From: Lingula anatina
Lineage: Eukaryota > Animalia > Brachiopoda
Reading direction: 5' to 3'
Assembly: GCA_051362555.1 (NCBI GenBank)
Contig: CM120642.1
Span: 1,054,001 to 1,118,000, forward strand
DNA length: 64,000 nt
In this document: positions 46,401 to 59,900 of the stretch, piece after piece
Position numbering within the stretch: position 1 is the stretch's first letter
How the letters are laid out: each line of letters starts with the position of its first letter
Translations under genes and position numbers: made by a program
Notes under the pieces: model-generated
Databases searched by the model: none
Told to the model about the DNA's origin: nothing
Seen by the model: the letters and a program-made list of their open reading frames with translations, nothing else

Positions 46401-49400
46401 TAACAGAAAAGAAGGAGCCGTTTGCTATGCTGCTGATTGCACAAAAAAAGGAAGAACGATTACCTGTAAGAGTTTCTGTTGAAGTCGTTGTAACTGCCCA
46501 GTGCGGTCAGGACACCCAGGGCGATAGAATAGGAGAAGAATATCTGGGTTCCCGCATCCACCCATACCTGAAAGAGACATTGCTACAATCAGTGGTACTT
46601 TTACTGAGTGAGTAATGCTTTTGTTAGCCAATACTTAAACACACATCACAAGAATTTCATCTTACAGTGACCTTTTATATCCTTTTTTTATCATCTTTTT
46701 TTTTTTTTTACCAACTCGTGTGAACACACTGTAGTTTTTATCCCCTGTTTGGGAGAGGGACAGGGTCTCCTTTTCTTCAAAAAGGGATAAAATCTCTGCC
46801 ACCCCCTTGGTCAGCCTATTCTATATACAGTATTGTATTACCTGTATGTTGGCAAGTTTAGCGAAGTCCGGCTTGAGATAGTAAATGATGCCATCCACGG
46901 CCCCAGGCAAGGTACACCCACGGACCAGCAAGATCGTCATAAAGATGTATGGTGACGTGGCTGTGACGTACATTACCTACAAGTAAACAAATGATTGGAT
47001 TTTACATATCAGCTGTTTACACCTTGTCATTGCAAACGTAATGTAAAAATTTAGCTTTTTATTTTATGTTCTAAACGTGGCTTATTTAATTCCTATAACG
47101 GACCTAAACTTGGCTTTATTGTCGTACCAAACAACTGAGCAGTTGGTCCGTTTATTTATTTATTTATTGCCTTCACTGTCACCGTACCTTTCCTGATGTA
47201 CGAATTCCCTTACAGATACAGACATAGACCACTATCCAGGCCAACAGCAGACACAGCGCCAAATCCCACTTGATGGTACCCATGTCGTCAATACCACTGG
47301 AGATGCCAAGCACACGGTGTCTGAATGAAGAGACAAAATGTCAGTATGGTTCCAGTAAAGATGGCTGAATGTGTTTAGCCATCCAGTTGAGCTAGAATCA
47401 GGTATATGTATCAATAGGTATCAATCGATGTTAAACGTAAGTTTCAGAATTCGATTGGTACATATTACTGAATCCAGTGAAGAATTCCATAAGAAGCGGG
47501 CGGAGTTTCAAATGCAAAACTATTCACTGGTTAGTCAGTCTATTGATATAAACAGGACACCAATAAACACAAGACTTAAAATGTGGTGTTTGTTCAAAAA
47601 ACCTGCCAGTGCTTACTCCCAGTATTCCGTGACGGAATCTATGGACAGGTCTTTGGTCACGTTGGTCATGTTGCCTAGTGACATATTAACTGGGGCCTGG
47701 GTTGTCATGGCAATCATCTCTGTGACATTAGCTGTCGTCCCGTTCCCTTTTGGACTAAAGCTGAAGGTGGCGGAGCACCTGGAAAGAGTAGGGTAGACTT
47801 CAGGTGAATGTTTTACGTTGTTTAAGTGGTCAGTGTTTAAGTTACGTTGCTGGGAATCGGTATCATATGAATGAATTACTTATCATTTCATCTAGTTTTG
47901 TCGATGTTAGGTTCAGGTTTTTCCTCAGATATATTAAATCAAAGATCTAGAATACGTATTGTAGATAGATTTTACATTCACACTGAAATATCAACGCAGA
48001 AAACGTCTCTGAACTGCCAAGGAAAATATCGATACTATTATCTTTCTATTCATTTGCAGTGTAAACGGACTGGTTGAATAATAGTTCCGTTCTTTTAAAA
48101 ACATCAATTTACTTTCGTAGTTCCAATAGACCAGATACAATACAATGCATCCATTTTTTAAAAAATCCAATTCAGATTTCTCGCAGTATAATAATGTTGT
48201 TCAGTGAACGTCAAAGCTTTCAGCCAACTGTCAAATATAATTGTATATCATGCTATATCTCAATATATATGCAATGTGAAATATCATTTTATATTATGCT
48301 AAATCTTACTGACTTGTCCGTATTCCACCAGTTCCCGCACGTGACCCAAGGAAGCTCGGACGTGAAAGAAGCAAACAGGTAGTAGAATGCCCAGGCCAGG
48401 ATGACGTTATAATAACAGTCCAGGAAGAACACGATCACAGTAGTGGCCCAGCCAATTCCTGGATTCAAACATTTATATTAGTCTCATTGAATTTGAAATT
48501 GTAGGCCTATGGGTTGTGGGTAAAGTATATACGTATTGAGGATTATAGTCTTAAGAAAAATCTGCCCTGAAATGAGTCAAAGAGAATCAGGTATGGTAAC
48601 TAACCAGCTGATATTTTTTAAGATAACGCCATAACAATGCTATCAATATTGATTTTTGGAAAATATTTCAAAAAGTATACCTGGATATGATATACAGACA
48701 TTTTTTCTAAGAAATAACTCTATACTGGATATCTATAGGTCGTCGCTTTAATCATCAGTAGAAATGATATGTTCCTCTATATTTAGTGACACAGGGTCCT
48801 GTACACGGTTTCAGCTCAGCTTACCCATGAAGAGGGGGCAGATCTTCCAGGCTCTCAGACCGCTCTCTGTCATAAACTGCCCGACGGCCACCTCCAGGTA
48901 GAACAAAGGCACCGCCCCTGTTACCACCCCCACCAGGTAGGGGATCAGGAACGCCCCTGTAATATGGCCAGCCAGAGCTCTCAGTGGTATGGTATCTTTA
49001 TAATTTTCTCCCTTTTTACATGTACTATATATACCACATATAATGTTTATAGAATTTTGTATTAGATATTAAGATATTTGCACTATATACATGTATATAT
49101 GATAAACTTATGGGTCAAATGCGAGAATACGTGTATAAACTAAGTACAGATCCGACTGTACGGAGTATATCTTGCTCAGACTACTTTGAAAATGGGGTAG
49201 AAGAAAGTTTGCAATATTTTCTTTTTACCCATATTTGGACAAGGATGATGGTATACAAAAGATAAAGATGACTTTTTTATGTATTTATTGAGAGAGAGAG
49301 AGAGACAGAGAGAGAGAGAGAGATCCATGTATAATCAGATATATTTCCATTTTAGCGGTGATTTAAGCTAAAAGCTGTACGATGTTCTTGGTTTGGAAAA

Positions 49401-50701
49401 TTCAAGTTTGCAAATGCATGCAAAGAGAAATATTGCACAACAAAAGCTCGCATTCTTTATAAATGTGCATTTATAAATTCTTTTCGTGTGATAAACATGG
49501 AAAAAAGACGATTACATATTTAGTGAACTATGCCACCGTGGCAATATCTATGTGGGACGTATGTCTACAGACTCCACAAGTTACATAAGCATATCGGACA
49601 ATTTGCCACTTATTTTGTCAGAGTATCAGTCAAAAACGTCCAGCAGCAGTAGTGAGCTTGGGAATGTCTTTTGTGTTGGAAATAGTCAACGAGAGCTATG
49701 ACATGGCTGCTGAGCAGGGTTTAACATGCCCTCTCCAGGCATCTATTTGTCGCCAAGCTGAATTTGTCAGAAATTCTACTGTCGAAAAATAACATCAAAT
49801 TTCGACTTTGAATAGGCTGATATAGAACTTGATATTACAAAGATAGGCGATATAAGTATTAGTTGTTATCCACTCTACAACACTAAACAAATATCTGCTT
49901 TCCAGCGTCGCAAACACTCGAAAAAGGAGTATATTTTAGTCTTCTTAATGTTTAATTTTTAGTATCGACTTTGTAGTGCTTGTTTTGGTGATTTTGTGTC
50001 ATTTAAGTTCCTTTCGTCTATGGGAGAATTAACTTATCTTTTATACGCAGCAACAGGTAAAATGTTATGTGAAATATGATGCTTGTTTCCAATTTTAAGT
50101 ATGGTTTTGGCCTGCCATCAAAACGGACTTTAATGTTTAATTTGAGTAAGGTCCAATGGTCTACTTTTAGGAACGCTTCTCACTCGGATCAGGGGCGGAT
50201 CAAGAGATATTTTCTGACAGTCTTCCAAATTATCTTTGTTGATCTATTATCCATTTTTGACCGTCTGCCGACAGAAAAAAATTAGATTCCCGTAAATGTA
50301 AACTTGAAATTATGAGAGTCTTCCGGAAGACCCAGAAGACGGTCTCAATCCGTCCCTGCGGATTAATAAAAAAACCGTTTGCTAGGACATTTAAACCATG
50401 AGGTCAAATTTTCACTTGAAAAATGACTTGATCACGGGTATTGTTGACTTTTCATTGTTGGTGTCACCCAAATTGACTGAGGTATAACTGATAGGTGACT
50501 GAGGTATACATGTTACTCTTTTCATGTCTACCAACCGTACTGTTGGCATAGTGCTTTTTTCTTTCATGTTCATGACAATGCAGGGTAAGAGCACAGCTGT
50601 GGACGGTAACCGTTCTTACAACTAACGGACACAAAATACATAGGTATTCGCACTCACGCGCATGCACACGGTTTTTCTTGTGTGAGTGTGTGTGCGTGCG
50701 C

Positions 50702-50736
<35 letters not shown>

Positions 50737-50737
50737 T

Positions 50738-50777
<40 letters not shown>

Positions 50778-52040
50778 GGGGGTTAAGAGCTGTACCTCCA
50801 CCGTTTTTGTAGCACAGATATGGAAACCTCCATACATTCCCCAGTCCCACAGAGAATCCGATGCAGGCGAGCAAGAAGTCTATTGGTCTGTCCCAGGTTT
50901 CACGTTTCTGCATGGGGGGTCCACCATCGTCCACCTCGTCTGCTGCTTTCTCTTTCTTTTCGATCTGGTTTTTCTCTACGACGTCCATTTCTCCTGTATC
51001 TATAGGAACAGAGAGGCACAGAAAATTAAAATATATCAGTCAGCGTAAAGGGAACCACCCTTATCTAGTGTGTGAAAATGTACGGGGTGCCATTTCCACA
51101 TTTTATTGGTAATTTATAATTATTCACTAAATTTGCATAGTCCTATTACCTCACACGTTCTACAAGTTGTATTTCATTGTACATCAATTAATTTGATGTA
51201 AGATAGCATTATCATTATCATAAAATGCTTGGTAGTGTGTCGCTCGCTTGTGGTGCGCTGCAAAAGTGATCTAATTTCCAATCAAAAACATGATACGACC
51301 ACCGCTTCCGATGGCATGTTTTTAAATCGTTAGGGTTCATACGCTGTACAACATGGGCTAAGTTGGACACGCTACGTCATATTTAGAATAAGTTCCCTAA
51401 GTATAAATGTGTGTAAATTTTAAGCTGACTGAACGATTGCGTAAAATCACGTCCAGGTAAAGCAGTTACTCGTTCAAAGCAGTGGGGTAGCCGTATTATC
51501 ACTCCAGCAGTACCCCAGGACCTGTGTTATCCGCTGTAGACTACAAGATTCCCTTAAAGCTCACATCGACAGGAGGGTTAAGTACATTGTATGTTGTAAA
51601 GATAACACGGCGTGTTAGTTATATATAACATGTTCACTTATATCCCAGGAGCAGGTAAATATTACACTTAGCCAAAGCAAGAAAACTATAGTCATTCTGT
51701 GACAATTTTAGTGGTCTTGTTTTATGGCTGTTTCAAACGCTGTAATATAAAAGGAATAAAAGATGGTGCGATGACAGCGTAATAAACATATGCGTTTTAT
51801 ATAACAATATTAAATAAGCTGAAAGTAAACTACACACGCCCATGCCCAAGAGAATATGAAAAAAACCCAGCTATCAGTTATGCTTTCAAATCTTTCTGTA
51901 TATCAAACTCACACGAACACACACGAAAAAGAGAGAAAAATAAGCGCAAAAAATAAACTGCACAAAAATTAACATGAACATCCATATCAATGCTTACCCG
52001 GTTTGAAAACGGCTGGAGATTTAAAACCATTCGTCGCCAT
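43340..52040 (-). CDS. SLC6: SLC6 (NSS) sodium/chloride-dependent transporter, GABA/taurine/creatine group (invertebrate taurine/creatine transporter-like), about 645 aa, 15 coding exons: 52040-51998, 50999-50796, 48956-48825, 48458-48314, 47778-47617, 47320-47188, 46976-46842, 46567-46464, 46118-45994, 45768-45656, 45126-44989, 44574-44475, 44174-44074, 43830-43654, 43465-43340
   Basis: All introns are GT-AG and phases are consistent (sum 1938 nt = 646 codons). SLC6 motifs present: [109 protein letters not shown]. The exact orthologue cannot be assigned without a phylogeny. Confidence 0.96.
43654..43830 (-). CDS. SLC6 exon: TM12
   Basis: [59 protein letters not shown], 177 nt. Confidence 0.94.
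44074..44174 (-). CDS. SLC6 exon: TM11
   Basis: [34 protein letters not shown], 101 nt. Confidence 0.95.
44475..44574 (-). CDS. SLC6 exon: TM10
   Basis: [33 protein letters not shown], 100 nt. Confidence 0.95.
44989..45126 (-). CDS. SLC6 exon: TM8-TM9
   Basis: [46 protein letters not shown], 138 nt. Confidence 0.95.
45656..45768 (-). CDS. SLC6 exon: EL4 and TM8
   Basis: [38 protein letters not shown], 113 nt. Confidence 0.95.
45994..46118 (-). CDS. SLC6 exon: TM7
   Basis: [42 protein letters not shown], 125 nt. Confidence 0.95.
46464..46567 (-). CDS. SLC6 exon: TM6
   Basis: [34 protein letters not shown], 104 nt. Confidence 0.95.
46842..46976 (-). CDS. SLC6 exon: TM5
   Basis: [45 protein letters not shown], 135 nt. 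Confidence 0.95.
47188..47320 (-). CDS. SLC6 exon: TM4
   Basis: [45 protein letters not shown]. Confidence 0.95.
47617..47778 (-). CDS. SLC6 exon: extracellular loop 2
   Basis: [53 protein letters not shown], five N-x-S/T sequons, phase 2-2. Confidence 0.92.
48314..48458 (-). CDS. SLC6 exon: TM3 and start of EL2
   Basis: [49 protein letters not shown]; donor AA|gtcagt is required for phase 2. Confidence 0.93.
48825..48956 (-). CDS. SLC6 exon: TM2
   Basis: [44 protein letters not shown], 132 nt, phase 1-1. Confidence 0.95.
50679..50773. repeat. Compound (GT)n(GA)n microsatellite just inside an SLC6 intron
   Basis: Begins about 22 nt from the exon donor at 50796. Confidence 0.92.
50796..50999 (-). 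CDS. SLC6 exon: N-terminus and TM1
   Basis: MDVVEK...[36 protein letters not shown]; acceptor cctatag, donor GAG|gtacag; internal ATG at 50988. Confidence 0.95.
51998..52040 (-). CDS. SLC6 putative first coding exon ([14 protein letters not shown])
   Basis: atcATGG Kozak-like start, 43 nt, donor CGG|gtaagc in phase 1, joins in frame to the next exon (G|AT ACA GGA GAA ATG). Confidence 0.65.
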
Positions 52041-54418
52041 GATGGTAGTCACCGTTGTCTTTCTATTCTACGGCAATACACACACACACTCTAAGCACTA
52101 CAATATAAATCGGAATACTGTAACATAAATAGGAGGAGGCCAAATTGGTCGTATTTTTGAGCCCGAGTTTTTACATATGAAAAGAAAAATTTCCGTCAGA
52201 CGTCTCAGTGTCAGACGTTCCCAAAAAGGGTTGGTCCCTGAACCATACCGGGCGCTCTTATTGTGGCGTGTTCAAGACGAACTGAATGTGTGTTGACATG
52301 GCAGAAATAATCACTGATATATTATATCAAGGTATTTTATGAAATAGAATAGAATGTATGTATTGATTTCTAATGGAAAGATATTTCGATGACAAATATT
52401 AAACATTGTTGAAATTTTGGAGGAAAATAAGATTAATGAAAAGATGAAGTAATTAATTATGATGATATATTTGGGCCGTCTGTCCCGATGGTTGCTTCGA
52501 TTTCGTTTCTCTTGCACCTTCAAAAAGGTTGAAATTTCGTGGGCGTGTGACCTTTTGATTTCTTTATAAAAAAAAAAACAAAACAAAAAACTTACGCTTT
52601 ATACCTGTATGTAAAGAACAATGACGTAAGCGATGCAATATCTCACATACATGTAATATGTTTACAATAAGTTTGCTTTACAAAATTGATTTTTCATGTT
52701 TATGTAATCCTGTTATACATTTCTATATTTCACTCATGTTTGTAATGTTACCACTAAGGAAATAATGAATAGATAAAATAAGTAGGATTGGTTCTTTAGG
52801 TCTACGTATTGCCCTTGATTCTCACCATCAACGTACACTGAGGGTAATCTTAATGTGTTTTCGTCTCGTTGTTTCGTGCGTGATGTGGTACAGGTATTTG
52901 TCTGCAGCGGTATTGTAACACACCTGATCGTAAAAAGGTGTTTTCATTTGTTAAAAAGAGAGAGAGAATTACGCGACGGTGACCCATTTACTTTTTTTGT
53001 TTGTTTGTTTTTCATGTTACGCTTCACACTTGCCTATGTTAATGCGTTTTATGCAGTTCATTTTTCTGTTTCACAATAATCATTATAAGCTGGATATCTG
53101 TCCCCGTTTCTATCTCCACCACTTTAACAAAAATAAATAAACAGATAAGAAAAAAGCTAATGAATATGCGTAACAGGGATAGAAAACTCGGTGACAAAGG
53201 ACTACTGGAGCTGTGTACAGTCATTTCTGCGGTTTAAAAAACCACCTACCTAAGACCATCTTTTGGACAGTTATGACGTTACAGAATAATAAGTAATTGA
53301 TGGTACTAAGAAATAAAGAGATTTACAATACCGCGGGGCGTAAGGCAAAAAATGGCATGTATTATCTAACCAACCTTTTGACGAAGGCACTAAAACAAGT
53401 AATAAACTTTCAGTGGCAAACAAAATAATGAAAACACTTATATATACCCGGTACGTGCAACGAAAGACTTGGTTTGCATATTTCATTTTTTCTTGAAAGA
53501 AATATCAAAAGAAGAAAGCAAAATTTCAGTGGGAGATGAAGATAACATTTCACAAAAAAATTAAATATATAATAGTGACTTGGGAGGGGAGGCGCCTATG
53601 GCTGACCTGGTTGAAAAAATTGTCCGGGGAAGGGGGAGCCCTCAAGCCCCCCCCCCCCCTGCCCCCTGGTACTACTTCAATGCCAGTAAGGCAATACTTA
53701 GCCTGCCTTGGTGGTACACTTGCATTATTGGTTAACATGAGTTTGTTTCCTGAAAGTGGTTTATGCACTGGCATGCTTGATAGTAAACTATCTATGCAGA
53801 CACATGTAGACTGTGCCCCTCTCTGGTATGGTAACCTCAGGTGTAATACATGTCTGCACTGAGGTGTAATGTAGGCGTAACAAGACTCACACTACAAGGA
53901 ATCTCACCTCACCTCACTTCACCAAAGAGGTCATCATCTCAACATGAGGAGCCTGGCCCATGAAATAACTTATTTCCTAAAATTGGTTTATATTTTAAGA
54001 CTGAACATTTGGTCTTTTTCCGTTAAAAATATTTCCGCAGTTTTTCATTTAAATAAAGTTAGTGTTGTTCTTAAGTATTACCAAAGGCTTTCTCTATATA
54101 AACCAAGCGCAACATTTCAGTTTATTGCACTACTTCTGAAATATCTCAGGTCAAAATAGAGGTCATTTTTGGTCTACAAGTTTACACCAATTTCTGGATA
54201 AACATGCAATCAAAGGCCGTTCTCTTTTAGTTCATAACATTCCTTTTTGGACACTGTTATATACCTACCCCGGCCCAAATCAAATGAGCTAAGATACGCC
54301 TTCAGAGACCACAAATGAGAACAATCCATAGGGAAGGGTTCATAAACTAGCCTGCAATTCGGTCCTATTCAAGTCAAGATAAACTTATAGTAGACCACTT
54401 GAATAAAAGAAACATTTA

Positions 54419-54421
<3 letters not shown>

Positions 54422-54466
<45 letters not shown>

Positions 54467-54470
54467 TTTT
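54422..54470. repeat. (TA)n followed by poly-T
   Basis: Simple repeat. Confidence 0.9.
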
Positions 54471-56839
54471 GCCATAAAACAGACACAATATTTTGTTTCA
54501 TTGGACCACTACTGCCTTATATAGGGTCGAAGTAGGCTATAATTTAGGGCTAAAAGATAGGACCAAAGTTGGTCTAAAGTCCGTTCGTGAAAAGCGAGAC
54601 ACCTGTAGCTCCCCTCTAAAATGAGGCTGGCGAGCTTCATTACTTATGCTACCTGTGTTTGTCTCTGATAAACTGTAAACTGTGTGCCACCCTGGTATGG
54701 CACGAGTATTGTTAATCCTTGCATTAAATTCCAATCTATATCTATTATCTGCCTTCGAAAATTTGCGTGATATTGTTTTTGAGTTTATGTGAATGGTAGC
54801 AGTGAGAAGTGTAGATATGTTCTTTACGTGATAAAACATATCACATCTTACAGTTACTTTCAGTGGACACGTGCACCCGTACCGTTTTGACAGTGGCGAG
54901 CTGCAGATGTATTAAGAAGGGTAGCCAGGATAAGGAGAACTATAAACGGTACTCGACGAACTCCATTAACTGACTGCCATTTTGAACAAATGATAAATTG
55001 GAACACCACTGAACAAAGACCAATACTTTCTCGTCCCTCATTTGACTTTCTCTGCTGATAGTTACAGTTTGTTAGTTTTAGTTGGGAATTCACATTTACC
55101 TGATCAAGAAATGTTACAACCCCCTTTACCCCTACGCCTTACGATTTATTTCCCTCCGTCAAGTTTTCGATATTTTACGTATAGATATAGGGTATTTCAG
55201 TGCTTTGTCTCACAATATGAATTTTCATCAGTATGCGGAGATGCAAAAGTAATGAAAAAAAGAGTGATATACGTGATATACGATAAGAGTGATATAGAGT
55301 GGTATATTCGTCGACATTCACTAATTTTATTACTTGTTTAGGTATATCTAAATCTCATATTGTCCCCCCCCCCCAAAAAAATAAATAAATCAACTGACAG
55401 AATTTGTCGACGAGCTCCTCCAGAAGTAGAAAATCACCTCTTACCTTAGTATTTGCCGTGTCCAGCCCTTCGAATTTCACTAACTGTCTCCGTTCTGACT
55501 TGTTTAAACTAAATCTTACTGAGATGAACACTTAAAATCACAAATCCTGAAATGTGTTCTTTCCAAAATTCAACAAACTCCTAAAGTGCAAACACTGAAG
55601 ATGTTTGAAGAAATGCTCAGCAGTGAGTTGGGATTTGTGTACTGAACAATGGACGTCAACATATACAGCAAGGTAAGTACGTAATATTTAGGATTGCACT
55701 GCGTGATGGAAAAATTCTGTAGCTCGAGACCTCAGAACAAACTTGTCATAAGAGGTTTAGTCATAGTGGCTGTATATGAGGGCGCATTTCAAACTAAATC
55801 TGGAAATTCTGCAAGTTTTTTATCGATTCACAACTTTGTCCCGCCTGCGACAGGGTGAATAATCACCGAACGCTGAAATCAACGCGTATATTTGCTAATT
55901 TTTTTTTGTTCAAATGAAAGTTCTACGTGACAGGTAATTTTCGCCGTAATCTTGTCTCTGGTTTGTAAGCGGCACTTTGTATTATACCAGAGTAGGTAGC
56001 CATAAGTCAAGGAGGAGGTGACAAGAGAAACATGGAGAGTCGAGCTTGTCCTCAATAGGGCCTATACCTTCTCGTGCTTCTGATTGCACGCGTATCTTTA
56101 TAGCATGTTAAGAATAACCGATTATGAAAAAAATACTTTTATCAGATTTCATTTTTAAAAGGACATCTGTATACGGTATACGCACAACGGGAAGGCATAC
56201 TGTTGTTTCCCCCCTCCTGTCTCGGTTTACAATTATTCTTTTCATATCTCATAAAAGACCCACAAACCCTGCAAAACATAAATATATCTAAAGTAGGCAA
56301 TGTCTTTAAATGGTAATTTTTCCCTCTTCAAATTCTGACAATGAAGGACTCCTCAAGCCGTTTACACGCCCTGAAATCACTTTAGTTGGTATTTGTTTGG
56401 TGTCAGTATCTATGATTGATAAATATTCGATTTTTGTGTTTTTCACGGAAGAGAAACCAAGCAATAACTTAAAAGAGTCTCAGTCTAAGTCCCGCAGCTA
56501 GCCAGCGATTTTAAAGGAAGAGAGGTCTTTTTTTAGGAAATGTGGACCTTTTTGCCTAAATGACAAAAGAAACAGATCAAAATTTGACTAAGAACAGAAA
56601 GTTTTTCCAGCCAAAATGGTAGTTCTTGCGAAGCTTGTTGTCGTTTGAAAAATTAATTTTGTCAATTTTTGGACATGCAGTGTTCATATATTTACCCCCA
56701 ACAACTGAAGCAGTTTTCGTTGGTTTTTAGTGATCAAGAATCAAAAAGTTTTTCACATATTTGGTAATGTTTGATATTATTTAATAAGATAAAGAATCAT
56801 TCAAGAGGGAAAGTAGAGATTACAATTCAACTGAATCAA

Positions 56840-56955
56840 GGTCTTCTAATATTTTGTGAAAAACGATTGGTTTCTTCCTTGGCGGAGGTTTAAGTTAAGG
56901 GTAGAGTACGGCGTATGTTCAACGGCTCTCTGATGTCATTAATGATGCTAGGTTT
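56840..56955 (+). mobile_element. HINE-like 3' end remnant
   Basis: CCTTGGCGGAGGT motif followed by CTCTCTGA...CTAGGTT. Confidence 0.3.
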
Positions 56956-59900
56956 GATTTAGGCGAAATTTGTACAGAAAATACTTGGATGAAGCTTAAT
57001 AGTTTGTATGTAATCAGACAGGTAATCTGCGTTTCACGGGAGATCTACCACCCCTTGAAAGGACAGAAAGAAGAAGTGAATGAATGATAAGAAAACAAAA
57101 GAAAAATCACAATCTGAATATGTTCATGTCTCTGTTTATGTCACACCTATGTTTCGATGATGTCTGAAAACCTCAATTTACAGAATGGGGGCGAAATTTC
57201 TCATGCTCTTCATGATCTTTATAACAAAACAAGCCACTATTAGCAAACATTATAAGTTATTTACACGGTGCAGGCACGCTAAAGACGACAATAGACTGAG
57301 TAATAAACTTAGTGAAGAGCTAGCACTGTGTGTATTCAGTATACGTAACTATACTTTCTTGACATGAAATTCCAAATTTTGATGAAGGTGGCGATGATTA
57401 GAGTCGGTATTAAGCAGAGAATAGATTTGATTTTCCGATGAGGAGCTCGAGAGTGCTGTGCTGTGTTGTGACTACAAAATAACAGTGAACAGCATCTGTT
57501 GATTCCGGAACACAGTTCATCGCTGTTCAATAATAATAATAATAATAATGAAAATGAAAATGATAAAATTGCTTCAACGCAGGATTTCCTGTGGCTATCC
57601 CCTGTATTCCACTCGATTTATTACCGGGCATTTTAAGAACTGTGAAAGCATGAATACAACGACTTCCCACCTGAAATACCATAATTGTGTGACTGAAAAA
57701 CAGTCATTTTTACATTTTCTATATGCTTTCTACACAATAATTATCTATCTTTAGTTGACGATATTCATGAGAGCGGTTTAAATCCAATACTTAATTTCAA
57801 GTGAGGGGTATGCAAGTAACATGTAGTGATCTATGTAGATGAACTCGTATTGACGCATATCTCATTCTAAAGAAAAGTAAACTATTCTTAGTCTTTTGGT
57901 TTACGTCCGATTGCAAAAATAGCCTCTTCATATAATTATATACGTATATTGGTATAGTAATATAATATCATAAAGATTAACAGAATTATTATTCAACCGC
58001 CTCTCTCTCTCTCTTCTGACATCTTTACATAGATAGCGACTTCTCTCTATCAGAGATATAATTTGTGGTGCCATAAAATATATCTTTGCTTTACAAGTGC
58101 CTGCTCCTACCGTATATTATACAATATATTGAGTTTCACCTGCTGAAGGTATATGAAGGTCGGACAACAAAACAATTATCATTCCTCATGCTAGGCTTCT
58201 TCATACCCTGCGGCAGTGCAAAAAAAAGGTCTATCATACATGTATTATAGAGTAACTTGTAAGTATGACGATGGAATCTCCCATCTAGCCCTGAATAAAT
58301 CCACTGTGAAGGATGAAGTAAATACAACAGGCACTAAAAGACGATCATTGTAACCTGAGACAATTTACCATACTAGAGCTAAGACACCCAACAGTGGCCA
58401 TCATGAAAAACAACCCCGTACGACCAACTGGCTGTCTTGAAACGAGACACATAGATGACAACAGCAAGTTAAACACGATAAAAGTGACATTAAAGTAGTC
58501 AACCCAAACATAACAATATCAGTATAAAAAAACAGGTACAACATATGAGTTAATACTTTAAACAGGAGATGGACTCTTCTAGCGCCATTGTTTCAACCTA
58601 CCTGTCCCGTGGACGCGTGCCTTATCCCTATGCGGGCAGTGAGACGACGCCGCCTGAATACAAATGTGCTGTGAATCTCAGATGTTGGTAGAACAAACAG
58701 AACAGAGTCCCGGGACAACTTACTATTACAATAGCGTCCCTGGGGGTTGCCGGAGAAGAACAGAGCACAGGAGGGGGGGCGGTGAAATGTTATTAAAGAT
58801 AAGTACGCTTCGTTTAATTAATTATATAATAAAGTATTGTCAGCTTCTGTTTTCCTAAGTCAAAGGCCATGTGAACATTTTGGATTACTAGCCTTGACAA
58901 GCTCATTCAGAATGCGATAGGTGAGTGATATATTGTGAAGGTAATACTCGTAGCTTACTGGTACCCTAACAAAGCCCCAAAACAACACAGTAATTGAATG
59001 TGTTAGTTGCGATGTAGAAGGATTGCGGGGTCAGTTTCAAAGTTGGGGAGAGGGATAATGGCAGATAGGCGGCTATTATGTTAACCGAACAAGCTAGCTC
59101 AACATTTGATGAATTGCTTGAAAACTGATTGCAATGGTTTTCATTTCATAGATATATTTTATTCTACAATACACCTATATTGAGATAGGGTGCACTGCAT
59201 CTATTGTGTCCCTGGCCTTACATGTAGCCCTATGTTGAAATAACCGTAATGGGGCAGTAAAAACAAAGAGGTTGCATGGGAATGATTTTAATATTATAAG
59301 CTCGCCAAATAAATCCACGTGGAAATAGCTGGTTCCACACTCATTCTCAATATATAAGTTCATTAGAGGTGAATGAAGTGAAAGATATATTCGCGAGTTA
59401 TTACTTTTTCTTGAACTCTGGTGACGTAAAATGATAAATGTAGCTTTTTTTAAATCGTAGAATATTGCTAAAATGGGGATTTTTTTCTTGTATTTTTTGT
59501 ATTTTAGTTACAAAAGTTTAGAAAAATAACAACCCTTTGGATAATATTTGCCCGTTACTAATACCAACAAATATTAGACTGTGCTGAAGGGGTATTACGA
59601 GATGCACGTTTATTTCACTGGTACATTTTGCCCGCAAAATCAAGCGCATTTTCACAATGCTTTGATACGAACATTTTGCATATTACTTTATAAGAGAATT
59701 CAGTTTTGCCATGTTTCGTGTAATATTTGACTGTGCCCTGTCACCATATCGTTAGCTTATCATGGATGTAACTAACCTAAAGATTTTATTAATGGCCAAA
59801 ATATTACAGAACATCATACAACTAAAATGACCTGCGCCAAAAGCTGTAGCGAAGGTTTTTTAAAATTATTATTTAAAAACCCGGCGACACAACACCGCGA

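Noticed and set aside
47371-47796. 141-aa plus-strand ORF, and plus-strand ORFs at 50740-51112 and 46427-46615
   Set aside because: Antisense shadows of SLC6 exons with no independent coding signal.
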